A DNA stretch of 64,000 nt, taken from the NCBI GenBank assembly GCA_963695545.1, contig OY968796.1:3456001-3520000 (forward strand), in the 5' to 3' direction. The stretch's first letter is position 1; each line of letters begins with the position of its first letter. Under the pieces are notes generated by a model, which was not told the origin of the DNA, made no database searches, and saw nothing but the letters and a program-made list of their open reading frames with translations. Positions 59,296 to 64,000 of this stretch are shown here, one piece after another. Source of the stretch: Terriglobia bacterium (GTDB lineage: Bacteria; Acidobacteriota; Terriglobia; Acidiferrales; UBA7541). The position numbers and the translations under genes are program-made.

Positions 59296-61263
59296 ATGCT
59301 GAAAAAACTGAATCTGTACTTGATCAAGCCATCGAACTACGACGATGACGGTTACGTCGTGCGCCATTGGCGCGGCGTCCTGCCGAGCAATACGCTCGCC
59401 TGCCTCGCGGGACTCACTGAGGAAGTGCTCGAGCAGAAGCGTCTGGGCGAATCGCTCGACGTGAAGGTCCATCTGCTCGACGAAGTGGTGGATCACATCC
59501 CCGTGAAGCGCATCTGCAAATCGCAGCGCGGAAGCGACACGAAGACCGTGGTCTGCCTTGTGGGCGTGCAGACCAATCAGTTTCCCCGGGCCAGCGATCT
59601 AGCGCGCGAATTTCGCCGCGCCGGATTGACGGTGATCATCGGCGGCTTCCATGTGAGCGGCTATCTCGCGCTCTTGAAACAGATTCCTCCCGACATTCAA
59701 TCGCTGATGGACGAGGGCGTGACCATCGTGAAGGGCGAAGTTGAAGAGGTCTGGGGCGACCTCCTGCTCGACGCGGTAAACGGAACGCTGAAGCCGCTCT
59801 ACGATTTCATCGATCAGAAGCCCGATCTGTACGAGAAGCCCATCCCGATGATTCGCACAGAATACCTGCGCAAGTTTGTGGCGCCGAATTTCGGCACGCT
59901 CGATTGCGGGCGCGGCTGTCCGTTCGAGTGCACCTTCTGCACGATCATCAATGTGCAGGGCCGCAAGATGAGGTTCCGCTCGGCCGAACACATCGCGAAT
60001 GCGATCCGGCGGAATCACAAGGAACACGGAATCACGTTTTACTTTTTCACCGACGACAATTTCGCGCGCAACAAAAATTGGGAAGCGATCCTGGATGTGA
60101 TGGGACATCTGAAGCACGACGAGCATATTCCGCTGAAGTTCATGATGCAGGTGGACGTGCTCTCGTGGAAGATCAAAAACTTCGTAGCCAAAGCGCGCCA
60201 TGCCGGCTGCACCAACGTGTTCATCGGAATGGAAAGCGTGGATCCGGGAAATCTGGCGGCCTCGGGCAAGACGCAGAACAAGGTGGCCGAATACTCGCAG
60301 CTGATCAATGCCTACCGCGACGTGGGAATCAGCACGCACGTCGGCTACATCATCGGGTTCCCCATGGACACCAGGGAATCGGTTCGCCGCGACGTCCAGT
60401 ATCTGATGAACGAAGTGAAACCGGACCACGCATCGTTTTTCATGCTCGTGCCCCTGCCCGGCTCGATGGACCACCTGATGATGGCCCAGCGCGGCGAGTG
60501 GATGCACCAGGACTACAACCTCTACGATTCGCATCACGCGACAACCGTGCACCCGCGCATGAAAGACGGCGAATGGCGCGAGGCTTACTTCGAGGCTTGG
60601 GACACGTTTTACGGATTCGAGAACATGAAGGCCGCGCTGCAGCGTTCACCGAAGAATCTTTACTGGAATAACTTCACGCGCTTCCTTTGGTACAAAAATT
60701 CCATCCAGACTGAGCAGCGCCATCCAATGATGTGCGGTTTCTTCCGGCTAAAAGGAAGATTGAATCGGCGCCCGGGTTACCCGATCGCTTCACGCCGCGA
60801 ATATTACTGGCAGCGCGCCAAAGAAGTGCGCGCTCACTTCGGCAGCATTTTCCGCCTGCTGCTGGAGATGGAAGAAGTGTGGCTCGAGACGCGCCACCAG
60901 AGCGAGGCCGAGCAGCGCGTGGTGGAAGAACTCCGCAAACTCCGCGGCGCGTACGGCAAGCTGCGCCTTTCGGATTTGCAAGCGGCCTATTCGCGGGCCA
61001 AAAATCATTTCCCGAGTCTGCGCGTGCCGTCGAAAGTACAGTTGTTCTGGGCCAGGTGGTATCCGCTATTCGCGCCGCGCAAGGCTCTCTGCACGCGGGA
61101 GGATCTGAACGCATTTTGGAGCGATGTTCGCGAGCGCTGGGCGGAGCGCAAATGGTTCCGCATGCCCGTGCTGCGCATGCCGTTCTATTTGTTGCGCGAC
61201 GCGCAGATTTCGGTGCTCTTCTTAATTTATTTGATCAGCCCAAGTTCCCGAAGCACACAGTAG
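59296..61263 (+). CDS. B12-binding-domain radical SAM protein
   Basis: N-terminal Rossmann-like segment (IIGGFHVS), GRGCPFECTFC (CxxxCxxC), FTDDNF, FIGMES, YIIGFP. Confidence 0.88.
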   Translation: MLKKLNLYLIKPSNYDDDGYVVRHWRGVLPSNTLACLAGLTEEVLEQKRLGESLDVKVHLLDEVVDHIPVKRICKSQRGSDTKTVVCLVGVQTNQFPRASDLAREFRRAGLTVIIGGFHVSGYLALLKQIPPDIQSLMDEGVTIVKGEVEEVWGDLLLDAVNGTLKPLYDFIDQKPDLYEKPIPMIRTEYLRKFVAPNFGTLDCGRGCPFECTFCTIINVQGRKMRFRSAEHIANAIRRNHKEHGITFYFFTDDNFARNKNWEAILDVMGHLKHDEHIPLKFMMQVDVLSWKIKNFVAKARHAGCTNVFIGMESVDPGNLAASGKTQNKVAEYSQLINAYRDVGISTHVGYIIGFPMDTRESVRRDVQYLMNEVKPDHASFFMLVPLPGSMDHLMMAQRGEWMHQDYNLYDSHHATTVHPRMKDGEWREAYFEAWDTFYGFENMKAALQRSPKNLYWNNFTRFLWYKNSIQTEQRHPMMCGFFRLKGRLNRRPGYPIASRREYYWQRAKEVRAHFGSIFRLLLEMEEVWLETRHQSEAEQRVVEELRKLRGAYGKLRLSDLQAAYSRAKNHFPSLRVPSKVQLFWARWYPLFAPRKALCTREDLNAFWSDVRERWAERKWFRMPVLRMPFYLLRDAQISVLFLIYLISPSSRSTQ

Positions 61264-61328
61264 AAGCGTAATCAGCGCTCGAAAATTCTCGCCGCTGTTT
61301 TTCGGCGCGCCGGCGTCCCTCGCGCCGG

Positions 61329-62456
61329 TCACACCAAACCAGCAGGACCGCGCAGCAATAGGTGAACGAGTTCACTCTGGCGATGCGTGTCCGTCTTTTC
61401 AAACACCAGCCGCAGATGCGTGCGCGCGGTATTCATGCTCACCTCAAGTTGCTCTGCCGCCTCGCGCAGATCGATTCCCTGCAAGAGCAGCGCCGCGAGC
61501 GCCGCTTCACGCGGCGTAAGCCCATAGAGGCGTTTCAGGACATCGGGTATGGGCTGGCGCTGACGCTCGGGATCGGTGACGAACGCGACGGCGACCGGCT
61601 GGCCGCAGAAGGCGCGCTGGATGCGGATAGGAGCGATCAGCAGCGCCAGCGCGCGCGCCAGTGAAGGCCGCGAAACGCGCAGCGCAGCGTCGGGCGCCGC
61701 GGCGCGGCCTTCGCTTGTGGCCACGGATGCGCGGATCAGGCGTTGCAGCTCCGCGTGTTCGGTGGCGCATGCGGCGGACAGGAATTTGTTCCTGATCCTA
61801 AGTCCATCGCCGCGCGCCAAAATCGCCGTGGCTTCCCGATTCGTCCACAAAATCTTGCCTTCGCGGTCGAGCAGCACCACGCCGAAAGCCAACGCGTCCC
61901 AGAGGGCCTGATGCGCCGTCTTTTCCGATTGCAGATCGGCCAGCCGCAAGTGGACCTGCAAAGATCGCCCGAGATGCGGCATCGTCTGCCGAAGCAAACC
62001 GACAGCCGCGCTTGTAAACTGGCCGCCGGACTTCGGCCGGTTGGCACCGAGGAAAGCCACGTGCGTCTCGGTCTTCAGCACGAACGCGCCAATTCCGTGA
62101 TAGATGCCGTTGGGTCTGTATATCTCGCGGTAGAGACCGCTGCGGAGCCATTCCTGATCGCTCATATCCCGTTCTCGAAATACGATGCCTCCGGGTCCCG
62201 CCGACATGAGCGATGGAATCGCCGGATTCGTCTCGGGATTGTTGTATTTTTGCTGGAAGAGCGCGAGATGTTCGGCGGTGCCGTGCTGATCCTGCGCGAT
62301 GAAATCGGACACTCCCGTCGGGCGAATCGCAGCCATCAGTAACCACGAACCGCCAATGAGATCCCCGACCCGCGAGAGTGCAACCGGCCAAGCCTCCGGC
62401 TGCAAGGCCGCGTCGTAGATCGCGGCAACCGTGTCGAGAAACACGTCTTTCGCCAT
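61329..62456 (-). CDS. LuxR-type helix-turn-helix transcriptional regulator with GAF/PAS-like sensor
   Basis: IYDAAL..W N-terminus, PAS-like GVVLLD..G...N, C-terminal YGLTPREA...TARTHLR.VF.KT...RQSEL. Confidence 0.88.
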   Translation of the reverse strand: MAKDVFLDTVAAIYDAALQPEAWPVALSRVGDLIGGSWLLMAAIRPTGVSDFIAQDQHGTAEHLALFQQKYNNPETNPAIPSLMSAGPGGIVFRERDMSDQEWLRSGLYREIYRPNGIYHGIGAFVLKTETHVAFLGANRPKSGGQFTSAAVGLLRQTMPHLGRSLQVHLRLADLQSEKTAHQALWDALAFGVVLLDREGKILWTNREATAILARGDGLRIRNKFLSAACATEHAELQRLIRASVATSEGRAAAPDAALRVSRPSLARALALLIAPIRIQRAFCGQPVAVAFVTDPERQRQPIPDVLKRLYGLTPREAALAALLLQGIDLREAAEQLEVSMNTARTHLRLVFEKTDTHRQSELVHLLLRGPAGLV

Positions 62457-62588
62457 ACCGCACCCGCCAAACCAGATTCCGAAGGGGACTCACTCAAATG
62501 AGTGATGCGCTTTGTGTGGCCGGATGCTACCACATCGCGCAAAGCCAAGACTAGAGAGCCTCTGGTTCTTGGCCTGCAAGGAGCTTTT

Positions 62589-64000
62589 ATGAATCCTACG
62601 CGATTCCGCGTTGAGCCCATGCGCGAGCTGGGCCGCTTCGTTCTGTGTCTGGGATTCCTGGCGCTCACGGCTTCCGCGCAGACGCAAACACAAACGACCA
62701 CCCATCACGCGCCGCGTGCCGCCGCGCCGGCTACAACCGCGCAAAACGCCGCGGCACCGCCAAGAATGAAGGGCGTTTGGCAACCCATGAACTATCCCGA
62801 CGACATTGACCTCGAGTCCGTCTATTTCGCTAATGACAACGTCGGGTGGATTGCGGGCAAAGGGTCGGGCGGATTCATCATGCACACTACCGACGGAGGC
62901 GCGCATTGGAATTTCCAAATGGGCGATCCGCACTCGAACGATCCTGAACTGGCCGACCTTCACTTCCTAGATGCAACACACGGATGGGCATATCAAGCGG
63001 GCGGCCAGCTCGTGCGCACAACCGACGGAAACACCTGGGAAGCAGTGGGCCCGTTTCCGGGTTTCCCCCAGGACTTTGAGTTCACCTCTCCTCAGGATGG
63101 GTTCGTGCTAAGCGGGGATTTCCGCGGTTCATCGATTTATTCCACGCACGACGGAGGGCGCACCTGGAAGAACATATTTTCGTGCTCGACGACCATTCAA
63201 GTAAATGGCCTCACCAGGAACACTACCTGCTATTTGGAGGATCTGGATTTCGTTTCGACCAGAGTTGCTTACGCCGTGGGGGGCGATTACGGCAATAGTT
63301 GGGCTGCGATCACTAAGACCACCGATGGCGGCAAAACGTGGAACGTCATTTTCGCCTCGACCCAAGTCGCCACCGCGACGTCAGTTTTCTTCACGGACGA
63401 GAACAATGGCGTGGTGCGCTTGCAAGACAACCGAGTTCTGATTACCGCCGATGGAGGCCAAAGCTGGCGTGGAGCGACGGGGAGCGTCAGGGGCGGCTTC
63501 AAGTTTGCCGATCCCGAGGTGGGATGGGCGTGTGTCCTGCAGTACGGCCCAAGTTGCAGCATTACCATGGACGGCGGCAAAAGCTGGACGACCCACGACT
63601 TCGATCTTCCGTCAGACTTCATGGGCTATAGCGTGCCTCGCCGCGATCGCGTCTACGCCGTCGGCGATCACGGGATGATTTATCGCTACGACGTCGTGCC
63701 AGTCACGTACACGGTCCAGGGAAATGTCGATTATTCCCCGGTGCCGTCCTACGGCGGACCGATCGTGGGTCAATTGCAGCAGATGCAAACTCAGATCACC
63801 ACGCTGCAGACGCAACTCGGCGGACCATCAGCAGCTGGTTCATCGGCGGCTGGCGGCTCCGCTGGCGGCGGATTCTCTCAAAGCGCTGCGCCTGCTCCAT
63901 CCGATGGCAACGCGCCCATAGCGAACCAGGCCGCCCCGCCGTCAGGAGGGTTGAGCCAAAGCGCGCCGGCCACAAGCGCTGGCGGCTTTTCCCAGGACAA
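62589..64000 (+). CDS. Exported YCF48/BNR (Asp-box) repeat beta-propeller protein; 3' end runs off the window
   Basis: Not in the ORF track. Signal peptide, then in-frame Asp-boxes HTTDGGAHW, TTDGNTW, STHDGGRTW, KTTDGGKTW, ITADGGQSW, ITMDGGKSW. Confidence 0.85.
   Translation, partial: MNPTRFRVEPMRELGRFVLCLGFLALTASAQTQTQTTTHHAPRAAAPATTAQNAAAPPRMKGVWQPMNYPDDIDLESVYFANDNVGWIAGKGSGGFIMHTTDGGAHWNFQMGDPHSNDPELADLHFLDATHGWAYQAGGQLVRTTDGNTWEAVGPFPGFPQDFEFTSPQDGFVLSGDFRGSSIYSTHDGGRTWKNIFSCSTTIQVNGLTRNTTCYLEDLDFVSTRVAYAVGGDYGNSWAAITKTTDGGKTWNVIFASTQVATATSVFFTDENNGVVRLQDNRVLITADGGQSWRGATGSVRGGFKFADPEVGWACVLQYGPSCSITMDGGKSWTTHDFDLPSDFMGYSVPRRDRVYAVGDHGMIYRYDVVPVTYTVQGNVDYSPVPSYGGPIVGQLQQMQTQITTLQTQLGGPSAAGSSAAGGSAGGGFSQSAAPAPSDGNAPIANQAAPPSGGLSQSAPATSAGGFSQD

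Overview
GC-rich bacterial chromosomal window. Several features suggest an Acidobacteriota genome (inference): a fused LptF-LptG, a PEP-CTERM-like protein, a long standalone TolC, and an ECF sigma/anti-sigma/secreted-protein triad. It holds about 51 protein-coding genes; I recognised no rRNA, tRNA, CRISPR array, transposase or integrase. Housekeeping genes are a partial GH57, lptF/G, udk, ppdK, glyQS, recO, mazG, leuCD, truA and pyrE. Other blocks are an NSAR/OSBS + GNAT pair, an orphan Wzt ATPase, an APC permease with a sigma-54-type promoter, an accessory block of hypothetical proteins (21-32 kb), a sugar-acid dehydrogenase cluster and an ECF module. The most notable locus (51.8-61.3 kb) is a six-gene operon in which a split B12-dependent acyl-CoA mutase with the isobutyryl-CoA-mutase signature (Phe/Gln instead of Tyr/Arg) is coupled to leucine-catabolism-like genes. 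It lies next to an alpha/beta hydrolase and an uncharacterised B12-type radical SAM enzyme. Non-coding observations are a promoter-driven structured AT-rich element upstream of leuC, a 19-bp inverted repeat around an orphan promoter, REP-like palindromes, AT-rich synonymous patches inside genes and a GC-skew switch near 36-38 kb. Two real genes run off the window edges and are absent from the ORF track. Many start codons below were re-assigned by eye.
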